64,000 nucleotides of DNA from an uncultured Lentisphaeraceae bacterium (GTDB taxonomy: Bacteria; Verrucomicrobiota; Kiritimatiellia; RFP12; UBA1067). Under the pieces are notes generated by a model, which was not told the origin of the DNA, searched no databases, and saw only the letters and a program-made list of their open reading frames with translations. Position 1 is the first letter of the stretch; each line of letters opens with the position of its first letter. Location of the stretch: contig CAZWQY010000006.1 in the NCBI GenBank assembly GCA_964636295.1, positions 10,486 to 74,485 on the forward strand, given 5' to 3'. A program made the position numbers and the translations under genes. Shown one piece after another: positions 1 through 8,805 of the stretch.

Positions 1-1452
1 TTCTCGCAGAAAGTCATATTCAACCAAAAGGAGTATTACCGTTGTGACTGCGATCCGAAGACACACATACGGAAATGTAGTTGCAATGATGGGTATGTGA
101 CCTGTAAGACGTGCGATGGACATGGGAAACTTGTTTACGAGTGGTTCCTTGAACAGCGATATAAGAAGATTTCCAAGTCTCGTGTTTGGAAGTTAAATGA
201 AATCCTGTCGGACAGGTTCTACAATGTTGACAAGTTGCCATGGCGTACGCTTTATGAGCGTGAAGTCGAAGATGAGATGTTCACGCCGTGTGTGCCGAGC
301 GATGCCTCAGAAGATGCTGTGAAGTTCATGGCGGCCGTTGCCCTTGGGGAAGCCTGGCAGACATTTGATGAAGAGATTAAGGAGGAGGTTGGAGCATTTA
401 AATCCGAGGGTGGCGACAAGGCAGTCCTGCGACCGTCTTTTCAATCTGCGAAATTTGAACAATACGATGGGATTGTTCGATACGTATATGAATACGAGGG
501 GAAGGAATATGTCGCCTGGATTAATCTTGCGACGGAGGATGTCGAGGAGGGCGAGGGTGGCCTTTATGCATCGATTGCCGAAGAGACTGTTCGCTTGGCA
601 AAAGATTCAGAACGGAGCGACCCGCAGAAGGCCATCTACTATTACTGTAAGGCGGATGCCATCAGTTTGAAATGGGGAAAAGAGAATGGAACGCAACAGA
701 AACGGGAAACTCAGTACAGGAGACTCGGCTGTCTGTTTGCAGGAATTCTGCTGATATGTGTCGCGGGTGGTTGGATCCCGGCACTTTTCATGTCGGGGAT
801 GAATATCGGAGGTCTCGCGGCTTCGATCGTTGGTCTGGCAGTCGTCACGTTTTGTATGGCATCGCTTAACGAAGCGCTGCAGTTATGCGGTTTTGCGTTG
901 GTGTTTGGATTGGCCTATGCGAGCAAACGATGGTTCGGAAGTGAGGTTGCAGACGACCTCGTCTTTCGAGAAGGGCTTCTCATGGGGTATGTGTCCTATG
1001 CACTCGTTGTCATGGCCCTGACAACGGATTTTGCGCAGCGACTTCCGGGCGGGAGAAAAGGCTTAATGTTCGGCGGGCTTGCGGCCGGTCTCTGTTCCCT
1101 GCCACTTCCTCTGTTCATCGCCTTGGAAATGCAGTCTTTTGTGGCGTTGGGCGGTATGTTCTTGCCTTTGAGCTGGCTTCTGTCCGTGGCGGTTCTGCGC
1201 TTTCCGTATCGGTTGAAAGCAGGAAAAATGCAGCGCTTTGTCGAGAAGAACCTGGGGCGTGGCGAGGTGGTCAGACGTGAGATTGAGAAACGGCATCCAG
1301 GCAAGGCTGGCCTTGTCAGCATGGCGATAGTCCTTGGCGGTTTTATGGCACTGTCTGCGGTGGGGGTGCTTATGTGCGGGTTCGTGGATGATAGTATTGG
1401 AAACCTACACTTCAAGTTTATCACGGCACTCCAAGACAGTGGAATCCTATAA
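1..1452 (+). CDS. Membrane protein with a DnaJ-type Cys-rich zinc-finger N-region and about 7 TM helices (5' end outside window)
   Basis: Frame 1 is open from base 1, so the listed GTG 97 start is probably internal. The N-part reads YYRCDCDPKTHIRKCSCNDGYVTCKTCDGHG (CxxCxGxG-like repeats). From LGCLFAGILLICVAGG onward there are about seven hydrophobic helices. G+C is visibly lower than in the core genes. Confidence 0.6.
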   Translation, partial: FSQKVIFNQKEYYRCDCDPKTHIRKCSCNDGYVTCKTCDGHGKLVYEWFLEQRYKKISKSRVWKLNEILSDRFYNVDKLPWRTLYEREVEDEMFTPCVPSDASEDAVKFMAAVALGEAWQTFDEEIKEEVGAFKSEGGDKAVLRPSFQSAKFEQYDGIVRYVYEYEGKEYVAWINLATEDVEEGEGGLYASIAEETVRLAKDSERSDPQKAIYYYCKADAISLKWGKENGTQQKRETQYRRLGCLFAGILLICVAGGWIPALFMSGMNIGGLAASIVGLAVVTFCMASLNEALQLCGFALVFGLAYASKRWFGSEVADDLVFREGLLMGYVSYALVVMALTTDFAQRLPGGRKGLMFGGLAAGLCSLPLPLFIALEMQSFVALGGMFLPLSWLLSVAVLRFPYRLKAGKMQRFVEKNLGRGEVVRREIEKRHPGKAGLVSMAIVLGGFMALSAVGVLMCGFVDDSIGNLHFKFITALQDSGIL

Positions 1453-1484
1453 CCAACAAGAATAATGGAACAAGGAGAAGTCTT

Positions 1485-3152
1485 ATGAATCGCATTTTTG
1501 TCATGATGGTAGCCGGAGGTGTCTGTGTGTCGGCATACTGTGGAATTTGGGACACCATTAAGTCCGCAGGAAAAAGTGCGGCGGATATAGTGGATGAGGC
1601 CGTTGATACGACATCTAAAATCGCGACGAATTCGCTTCAAGTCATGAATGTCGAACAGAAGTCGATACGCTCCGAACCTGTGGCTCATCGTAGTCAACGG
1701 AGGCCCTCACAGTTTGTCGGGAATCCAACCACAGACAAGACGCGGCGGCCTCGTTTTCTGCGGAAGAATGGCGATGTACGAAAAGGGCGTGAAGTGGCAA
1801 GGGAAGATGCAAGTACATTCGCAAGAAAGAATAGGTACTATATATTCTTGAGGGAGTGGGAGCAACTTCAGGCAAAGTACGAAAGAAGACTGTCACAGTC
1901 TGAGGATGCAGGACGACAGGTGATACGTGTCGAACAAAACGATGCAGAGGTTGAAGAGATTATTCCCGCGCCAGGTTGGGAAGAACTGGCTTATAGATTT
2001 TATGGCACATCGAGATTGAAATTGCCTAAGACAGACGCGCTTTTAGATCAATGGATTAAGGCCACACGACAAGCTTATGCGAAGGAATATGCCAAGCAGG
2101 CGGCAGAGCGCGAAGCTGCGCTTGCTAAGGAAAGGGCAGAGCGCGAAGCTATGCTTGCCAAGGAAAAGGCAGAACGCGAAGCGATGGTCAAATGGGTTGA
2201 TGAGCAACTTGCGCTGTCGCGTGAGTTTAAGAAATGGGCAATCGATGTAGTTAATGACAAGGCCCATGATTTTAAGGTCATTTCTTTTATAGAAGACCAA
2301 GAGACGTCTGTTAGACTTCGCCAAGCCATTATTTCAATCAGCAAAGAACTCCCTGATAGTGTGGACAGGTATCGTTGCCTTGGAGATGAGCAGTTGAGAA
2401 GAACTCTCAAATCCCATGTGGACGGCATATGCGCCATTAGGGAGCCTATCAATGTCAAGCTCGCCAGCTTGAAGAAGGAGGATGAATCGATTCGTGCGTT
2501 GCGTCAGACATGGCGTCCAACCAACGTGGATACAAATCGCCCGGCTGTTGGCACTCTGAAATTGGGGGCATCTCTTTTTGAAGCGGCACAATGCCTGTGC
2601 CAAGAGGATTATATGAAAGTGGGCACTGAAGGTCGAAGACGGGTCTATGGTCTTCCGAAACTTGGACAATTAGAGGATGTGAGGTTGGACTTTAGGGAGG
2701 TCTCGGCGACGCAGGGACTGTTTCTCGTGCGTGGGGCATATGCCGTTCCAAAGTCCGTCTCCTACGATGATGTTGTCAAACGGTGTGCGCGTGAACTTGG
2801 AGGTAGCCCAACAAGGAAGACGAAGTCGGAAATGGTTGGGTTTGCCATGGACGATTTGCGGAAGCGAAATCAATGGGCGGCGTGGCAGCTCGAATACTAT
2901 TCTGCCCGTGCGAAGCGGCATGAAGAGCAAAAACGGAAAGGAGATGCCAACCGACATAAAACTCTCGCGAAAGAAACTGCGGCTCGTTATAAGGCAAAAG
3001 AGTTGATTTTGGTCGAGACAATGCTCTCGGACAACGGCTATGAGGTACGTGTCATTTCAAATGTTGGCGGAAAAACGGTTGGTCGAGTGCTGATTCAGGA
3101 TATGATGGCTCTGAAGGAATGTGAGAAGCAAGGCGGACAGGAGGGGAAATAA
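1485..3152 (+). CDS. Hypothetical membrane-anchored ER/K coiled-coil protein (555 aa)
   Basis: SD-like AAGGAGAAG lies just upstream of ATG 1485. The N-terminus has a hydrophobic segment (MMVAGGVCVSAY). Charged repeat AAEREAALAKERAEREAMLAKEKAEREAM and a second ER/K run near the C-terminus. No family recognised. Confidence 0.7.
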   Translation: MNRIFVMMVAGGVCVSAYCGIWDTIKSAGKSAADIVDEAVDTTSKIATNSLQVMNVEQKSIRSEPVAHRSQRRPSQFVGNPTTDKTRRPRFLRKNGDVRKGREVAREDASTFARKNRYYIFLREWEQLQAKYERRLSQSEDAGRQVIRVEQNDAEVEEIIPAPGWEELAYRFYGTSRLKLPKTDALLDQWIKATRQAYAKEYAKQAAEREAALAKERAEREAMLAKEKAEREAMVKWVDEQLALSREFKKWAIDVVNDKAHDFKVISFIEDQETSVRLRQAIISISKELPDSVDRYRCLGDEQLRRTLKSHVDGICAIREPINVKLASLKKEDESIRALRQTWRPTNVDTNRPAVGTLKLGASLFEAAQCLCQEDYMKVGTEGRRRVYGLPKLGQLEDVRLDFREVSATQGLFLVRGAYAVPKSVSYDDVVKRCARELGGSPTRKTKSEMVGFAMDDLRKRNQWAAWQLEYYSARAKRHEEQKRKGDANRHKTLAKETAARYKAKELILVETMLSDNGYEVRVISNVGGKTVGRVLIQDMMALKECEKQGGQEGK

Positions 3153-3153
3153 A

Positions 3154-4368
3154 ATGAGTTTTGAATCGAGCATGATGCGATTCATTCGTGCGCTGAGCGA
3201 AAGATTTTCGCACGAGAACGACCTTTCGGATGTCGTCTACACGTTGTGCGAGAGCAATCCCGTTTTCCGTCAGTTCTTTCTGGACTTTTTATTCAAGGGA
3301 GAGAATCTGGATGGAGAGAATGTCGTGATTCTTCGTGAGATATCGTATGATGGGTCTCGTCCGGACTTTGTAATTAGGGGTCAGGGATGCACCTACTTCG
3401 TTGAGGTCAAGATCTGGGATGCGACGCATCATTTTAAACAATATGCGGATACGCTGCAAAGCCATGAGAAGGCGGGTGAGAAGGTTGGCTTCGCCTACAT
3501 AACAAACTACACAATCAATGAGGCATTGCTCAGTCAAGATGATCTGGATGTCTATAAGTCGATGAAAGCCAAGGAGCGCGTCAAGACATGGAAGGCGTTC
3601 CGGGACGAACTCAAAAGGAAGGACACAGGGTTGTGTGACATCTGCGGATTCATTGAGTATTGCGAAAAGATTTGCCCGGACATAGAGGCAGAGACTGTTG
3701 CTGAATTTGACTTGGCTCACGCGGATTTCGCCTATGTCAAGAAGATGTATGACGGGTTGCGCGAGTACTTGGAGAAAACGCCGATTGTCGTGATCGGCGA
3801 GAAGTCCGTCGAGAAGTCCGTGAACCTGTCTAGATACGGAAGGGGTGATTTCAACAAGCCTGGAGAGTGGATTGGACACTATTTCAAAGCGTCAGGATTG
3901 ATGTCCGAAGATAAAGATGTTTGGGGGTGGGTCGGTTGGTTTCTTGACAAAAAGCGGGGCATTCCTGGACTCTGCATTGAATTTCTGAATAAACCTGGCT
4001 GGGGCAAGCCTTTGTTTGAGCGGAACGCCTATAGCAAAGACTATGCGTGGCGTTGGTGCGTTGCCTTTGGTGACAATGTGTCGGATGTTGAACCCGTTGT
4101 CTCAAAGGCATTTACCGACGCATTTTCAAGCGTCATCAAGGACGTCAGGGTTGCGCAACAGGAGCGCGTTCAGAATCCGGAACATATTCATTCGGAACAT
4201 ATTCGAGATATGCGACGGCTTTCGCTTTTTATCCGACAGCAGGTATTCCCCAAAATCTCTCTTGAAGGTGGACGGCAACTGATGTCCGTTGCGAAGTCCG
4301 ACAGCCACAATCCGTCTGGATGGTGCGGCGAGTACTTTGAAGTTGTCGGGCAGTCGCAGGTGGCGTAA
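3154..4368 (+). CDS. PD-(D/E)xK nuclease-superfamily protein with a C-terminal GW.G.YF repeat region
   Basis: ATG 3154 lies 1 nt after the upstream stop; the ORF-track start at 3121 would overlap gene 2. Motif SRPDFVIRGQGCTYFVEVKIWD matches the D...(D/E)xK core. Repeated EWIGHYF / GWCGEYF motifs occur further downstream. Confidence 0.6.
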   Translation: MSFESSMMRFIRALSERFSHENDLSDVVYTLCESNPVFRQFFLDFLFKGENLDGENVVILREISYDGSRPDFVIRGQGCTYFVEVKIWDATHHFKQYADTLQSHEKAGEKVGFAYITNYTINEALLSQDDLDVYKSMKAKERVKTWKAFRDELKRKDTGLCDICGFIEYCEKICPDIEAETVAEFDLAHADFAYVKKMYDGLREYLEKTPIVVIGEKSVEKSVNLSRYGRGDFNKPGEWIGHYFKASGLMSEDKDVWGWVGWFLDKKRGIPGLCIEFLNKPGWGKPLFERNAYSKDYAWRWCVAFGDNVSDVEPVVSKAFTDAFSSVIKDVRVAQQERVQNPEHIHSEHIRDMRRLSLFIRQQVFPKISLEGGRQLMSVAKSDSHNPSGWCGEYFEVVGQSQVA

Positions 4369-4656
4369 ATAATGAGGCGAAGGAGCCCTGCTGCAAGACC
4401 GGGTGGCTCGGCATCTATTTTGACGATCAGACACATCTAGGAAAGTCATTCAAAGCCAATGATCTTGTCTGTGAATATGATGGTCAACCTGGTATTGCGT
4501 TGAACACATCAAAAGAAGTGCTGGATTCAGAGTGTGCCGCGAAGATAGCCCGTCAGATCGAGGCGATAATTTGTCCGGTTGGTGCGTGCGTGAAACGGTA
4601 GATTGTGTTGACAGATCAAGGCCATTCTGTGACGGGCGGACTTCGTCTGTGTGCGC

Positions 4657-6507
4657 TCAGGCGCGGTCGAACTTGCGGTCGAGTTCGCGCGTGGAGGTGA
4701 AGATCAGGACGGGCTTGCCGCGCGGGCAGACATAGGGCATCCGGCAGGCGCAAAGCTCTTTGACGAGCGTTTCCGCGCCTTCTTGCGTGAGCTTGGACGA
4801 CGCGCCCGCGAATGTGCGCGCGACGGACTTCGCGATGCGCTCCTCGCGCCAGCGTTCGCCGCTTCGGCGCGAGCCGCCCTCCGCGAGGTCGTGCGCGATT
4901 GTCGTGAGGACGGCCGAAGGGGCGAGTTCGCCGAGGTGCGGCGGCACGGCGTCGATCTTGAAGGTGTCCGTCCCGAACGGCTCGATCTGGAAGCCCATGC
5001 GCACAATCGTCTCCAGCGACGCGGAAATGCGCGCGGCTTCGACAGGCCCGAGCTTCACCGTTTCGGGAATGAGCAGGGCCTGGGCGGGCGGCGCGGCGTC
5101 CGTCGCCGAGACGGCGGCCAGAAGCCGCTCGTAGGCGATGCGTTCGCGCGCGGCCTGCGGGTTGATCGTGACAAGCCCCGCGTCCGTCTCGATGAGCAGA
5201 TAGCCTGACGAGGTCTGCGCAAGAAAGCGAAACCACTGCCAGGGCCGCGACTGCGTCGAGTCCGGCTCGACGGCAAAGGAAATCTCTCCCTGAACGGGCG
5301 CGGCCGCCGGAAGCGGCGTGGCGGCGGGGGCGGAGAGGGGGGAGGGGGGGCTGGAGGGACGGGAGGGGCAGGAGGGACTTGGGGGTAAGGGGCTTGGGGG
5401 GCAAGAGGGGCTTGAGGTTAAGGGACTGGAGGGGCTTGAGGGTTCTCTCGCCTCTCTTGTCTCTCCTGTCCCATTTGCCGTTGCCCCGCCGGCGCCGAGT
5501 GCGGCGGCGACGGCCGTTTCGATCGCGCGCTTGACGGCGGTGTTGTCGCGGAAGCGCACGTCGCGCTTCGTCGGGTGGACGTTGACGTCGACCTGCGTCG
5601 GCGGCAGTTCGATGAAGAGAATTGTCGCCGGGCGCGCGTCGCCCGCGCGGCGCGGATACGCTTCGCGCAGCGCATAGGCGACGGACGCCGCCGTCGCGGG
5701 GCGTCCGTTCACGAAGACGTACTGGTCGCGTCGCGTCGGCGTGGCGAGGTTCGGCCGTTCGATCAGCCCCGTCACGCGCACGTTCGCCGCGTTGTCCGCG
5801 CTGTCCGCGTCCGGCCCGCCGAGCGGCAGCATCTCGGCGAGGAAGTCGTCGCCGAAGAGGTCGCGGACGCGCTCGCGCACCGAGTTCGCCGGGGCGAGGC
5901 GGTAGAGCTCGCGCCCGTCGATCGCCAGCGAGAAGCCGACGTTCGGATGGGCGAGGGCGTGCGTCGTGAAGACCGTCTTGACGTGCGCTTCCTCCGTCGC
6001 GTAGGCGCGCAGGAACTTGCGCCGCGCCGGAACGTTGCAGAAGAGGTCGCGCACCTCGACGCGCGTGCCGGGCGGACACCCCGCCGCGCGCACTTCGGCG
6101 AGCGTGCCCGCGTTGACCTGGAGGAACGTGCCTTCGTCGGAGTCGGCGCGCCGCGTTGTGATCGAGAAGCGCGAGACGGACGCGATCGAGGGAATCGCCT
6201 CGCCCCGGAAGCCGAGCGTGTCGATCGCCTCGATGTCCGTGACGTCGCGGATCTTCGACGTCGCCTGACGTTCGAGCGAGAGGAGGACGTCGTCTTTCGT
6301 CATGCCGCAGCCATCGTCCTGCACGGCGACGAGTTTGCGCCCGCCCTGCGTGACCATGACGGCGATGCGCGTCGCGCCTGCGTCGAGGGCGTTCTCGACG
6401 AGTTCCTTGACGACGCTCGCGGGGCGTTCGACGACTTCGCCCGCCGCGATCTTGTTCGCGACGTGAAGCGGTAGGACGCGCACGTGTCCGTCGCGGTCAG
6501 AAATCAA
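4657..6507 (-). CDS. mutL: DNA mismatch repair protein MutL
   Basis: N-terminus VLPLHVANKIAAGEVVERPASVVKELVENALDAGA is the GHKL ATPase signature. The C-terminus carries the CPRGKP...FDR region. A Pro/Ser-rich linker lies between them. The listed start is TTG 6507; GTG 6483 (giving MRVLP...) is an equally plausible start. Confidence 0.93.
   Translation of the reverse strand: MISDRDGHVRVLPLHVANKIAAGEVVERPASVVKELVENALDAGATRIAVMVTQGGRKLVAVQDDGCGMTKDDVLLSLERQATSKIRDVTDIEAIDTLGFRGEAIPSIASVSRFSITTRRADSDEGTFLQVNAGTLAEVRAAGCPPGTRVEVRDLFCNVPARRKFLRAYATEEAHVKTVFTTHALAHPNVGFSLAIDGRELYRLAPANSVRERVRDLFGDDFLAEMLPLGGPDADSADNAANVRVTGLIERPNLATPTRRDQYVFVNGRPATAASVAYALREAYPRRAGDARPATILFIELPPTQVDVNVHPTKRDVRFRDNTAVKRAIETAVAAALGAGGATANGTGETREAREPSSPSSPLTSSPSCPPSPLPPSPSCPSRPSSPPSPLSAPAATPLPAAAPVQGEISFAVEPDSTQSRPWQWFRFLAQTSSGYLLIETDAGLVTINPQAARERIAYERLLAAVSATDAAPPAQALLIPETVKLGPVEAARISASLETIVRMGFQIEPFGTDTFKIDAVPPHLGELAPSAVLTTIAHDLAEGGSRRSGERWREERIAKSVARTFAGASSKLTQEGAETLVKELCACRMPYVCPRGKPVLIFTSTRELDRKFDRA
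5325..5445. repeat. Degenerate 9-nt-period G-tract repeat (plus strand) encoding the MutL Pro/Ser linker
   Basis: The plus strand has many GGG+ runs (GGGGCTTGGGGGGCAAGAGGGGCTTGAGG...). The minus strand reads CCC-TCN-AGC type codons, giving PSSPSSPLTSSPSCPPSPLPPSPSCPSRPSSPPSPLS. Confidence 0.8.
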
Positions 6508-7597
6508 GGCTCAGCCCCTTTCGGATGAACGTCGGCACGTCGAGGTCTTCGTCGTGCCAGATCGTCGGCTCGGCGTTCTTGAAGCGTCCGCGCCCGACGG
6601 GTCCGGTGGCGAGCGTCCCCTTGCCGCGCCGGCGGCGCGAGCTCATGACGCCGCCGACGGCGGGCGTCTCAGCGGCCTTGCGGGCGGACGCCTCGAAGAG
6701 CAGCGCGACGACGGAGAGTCGGCCGGAGAACGTCGCCTCGTCGTTGACCGTCGCGAGGTCGAACGAGAGGCCGCCGAACGCGCCCCGAAGGCCGTCCGCG
6801 ACGCGCCCGACCTCGCTCAGGAGCAGGTCGTCGCCAGCGAGGACGCCGCAGACCAGGGCCGAGACCGGACCGGAGGCGGCCGCGAGCAGGTCGGAGTGGA
6901 TCAGCCGGTCAACGGCTTCCGCCGCGCGGCCGGGGCCTTGTGTCGTCACGGTCGCGAAGCGTCCGCGCCCCGCGTTCGCGAGCAGGTGGCGCAGACGCTC
7001 GACGTCGAGCCGGATGTAGCCGGGCTTTTCGACGAGCCGCCAGAAGAGCGTGACGCCGCTCGCGACCGTGTCGATGGCGCGGCGCATGGCCTCGGCCATG
7101 TTGTCCGTCTCGGCGATGAGCTTGTCGAGCGGCAGGAAGAACGTCGCGTTCGCCGCGTCCTCGATCATGGACATGACGCCGCGCGCGTTGCGCTGGCGGT
7201 CTTCGCCCTCGAAGGTGAAGGGCGTCGTCGCGAAGACGATCGCCGGAACGCCGCGTGTGGCGAGGTGCTTGGCGATTTCGAGCGTCGCGCCGCCGCCGGT
7301 GCCGCCGCCGAGCGCCGTGACGAGCACGGCGAGCCGGACGTCCGCCAGGTGCTCGTCGAGCGCGCGGACGGAGCCTTCGGCCGCGAGGCGGCCCGCGACG
7401 AGGTCGCCGCCCGCGCCGCGTCCGGCGAGGCGTTCGCCGCCGAGCAGCGCGAAGGGCCCGCCGGCTTCGCCGGTCGCGGCGTCCGTGTCGGCGAGGACGA
7501 CGCGCAGGGCGTCGCCGTAGGCGCGGCAGACGCCGCGCGCGATCGCGCAGCCGGCCGTGCCGACGCCGAGAAGGAGAAGGGGGGAACGGTCGCTCAT
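6497..7597 (-). CDS. ftsZ: Divergent FtsZ (tubulin/FtsZ GTPase)
   Basis: Tubulin signature ALGGGTGGGAT, followed by TTPFTFEGEDRQRNA. C-terminal peptide DEDLDVPTFIRKG resembles the FtsA-binding tail. The gene lies immediately downstream of ftsA with an ATGA overlap. The N-terminal G-box is degenerate (LLGVGTAGCAIA). Confidence 0.72.
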   Translation of the reverse strand: MSDRSPLLLLGVGTAGCAIARGVCRAYGDALRVVLADTDAATGEAGGPFALLGGERLAGRGAGGDLVAGRLAAEGSVRALDEHLADVRLAVLVTALGGGTGGGATLEIAKHLATRGVPAIVFATTPFTFEGEDRQRNARGVMSMIEDAANATFFLPLDKLIAETDNMAEAMRRAIDTVASGVTLFWRLVEKPGYIRLDVERLRHLLANAGRGRFATVTTQGPGRAAEAVDRLIHSDLLAAASGPVSALVCGVLAGDDLLLSEVGRVADGLRGAFGGLSFDLATVNDEATFSGRLSVVALLFEASARKAAETPAVGGVMSSRRRRGKGTLATGPVGRGRFKNAEPTIWHDEDLDVPTFIRKGLSLDF

Positions 7598-8799
7598 TTG
7601 AAGAACCTCCCGAAGAGTCCGTCGAGGAGGGACTTCTCCTCGTAGTTCCGGTGCGCGTAGAGGAGCGCGCCCGCGATGGCCGCGAACGCGGGCGGGAAGG
7701 GCACGTCGTCGAGCCCGTCGACGTAGAGGGGCTTGCCGAGGCGCACGGACGTGCCGAGGACGTCTTCGGCGAGAGGCTCGATGTCGCGCATCTGCGCGCC
7801 GCCGCCGGTGAGGACGATGCCCGCGTGGAGGCGGTGGAGGAGGTCTTGCTCTTCCAGCGTCTCGCGCACCATCGTGAAGAGCTCGAGGAGGCGCGCGTTC
7901 ACGACGGTGTCGAGCGCGCGGCGCGAGATCGTGCGGTTGTCCATGAGCGTGTTCGCGCCGCGCTCGACGCGGACGCGCGCGGACGCGCCTTCGGCCGCGC
8001 CGATGCGCGCGCTCGCCTCGTCCCTCTTCAGGCCCTCGGCCTGGGCGTGCGTCGTCTGGAACGCCTGGGCGATGTCGCTCGTCACGTGGTCGCCGCCGAC
8101 GCCGAAGACGCCCGTCGAGACGGCGTAGCCGTCGGCGTAGACGGCATAGCCCGTCGAGCCGCCGCCCAGGTCGAGGACGAGCACGCCGTTCTTGCGCTCG
8201 TGGTCTTCGAGGACGGCGTCGGCGGCGCAGGTGACGGCGTAGAGCGGGTCGCGGATCTCGAGGTGCGCGGCTTCCGAGGCGGTGCGCGCGTCCTGGATGC
8301 GGTTGCGGTCGGCGTGGATCTGCAGCGTGTTGAGGCTCAGGACGCGCCCGGACATGCCGCGCGGCGCGGCGATGCCGCCGAGGCGGTCAAGGACGTAGTC
8401 CTGGTCGATGATGTCCAGGAGCTCGCGGTCGCGCGGCAGCGTCATCGCGTGCGCGTTGTGCTGGGCGGCGTCGATCTCGTCCGCGCCGACCTTCGCGCCC
8501 TCGACCTGCGTCGAGCCGGAGAAGGGGTCGGCCTTGATGGACTGGCCGGAGACGACGAGGAAGGCGTTGCCGAGGGTGATGCGGTCGCCGGAGGCTTCCT
8601 GCTTGCGTTCCGTCTGCTGGAGAACCGAGCGGATCGACTGGGTCGCCTGGCGGATGTCGAGGATCTGGCTCTTGCGCACGCCGGTCGAGGGGATCTCGGC
8701 GTGGCTGATGACGCGCAGACGGCCGTTCGCATCGACCTCGCCGATGGCGAGGACGGTGCGCGTGGTGCCGATTTCGAGTGCGGCGTGGAAATTGCTCAT
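7594..8799 (-). CDS. ftsA: Cell division protein FtsA (actin-like ATPase)
   Basis: N-terminus ALEIGTTRTVLAIGEV, then DLGGGSTGYAVY and IVLTGGGAQM phosphate motifs. Adjacent to ftsZ. Confidence 0.85.
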   Translation of the reverse strand: MSNFHAALEIGTTRTVLAIGEVDANGRLRVISHAEIPSTGVRKSQILDIRQATQSIRSVLQQTERKQEASGDRITLGNAFLVVSGQSIKADPFSGSTQVEGAKVGADEIDAAQHNAHAMTLPRDRELLDIIDQDYVLDRLGGIAAPRGMSGRVLSLNTLQIHADRNRIQDARTASEAAHLEIRDPLYAVTCAADAVLEDHERKNGVLVLDLGGGSTGYAVYADGYAVSTGVFGVGGDHVTSDIAQAFQTTHAQAEGLKRDEASARIGAAEGASARVRVERGANTLMDNRTISRRALDTVVNARLLELFTMVRETLEEQDLLHRLHAGIVLTGGGAQMRDIEPLAEDVLGTSVRLGKPLYVDGLDDVPFPPAFAAIAGALLYAHRNYEEKSLLDGLFGRFFK

Positions 8800-8805
8800 G
8801 CGCCT

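Noticed and set aside
21-32. The 12-mer TTCAACCAAAAG occurs three times (21, 17361 and 56506), which might suggest a shared leader element.
   Set aside because: A back-of-envelope estimate for about 128 kb of two-strand sequence gives roughly one triple 12-mer match by chance. The first copy lies inside a coding frame, so the recurrence is not significant on its own.
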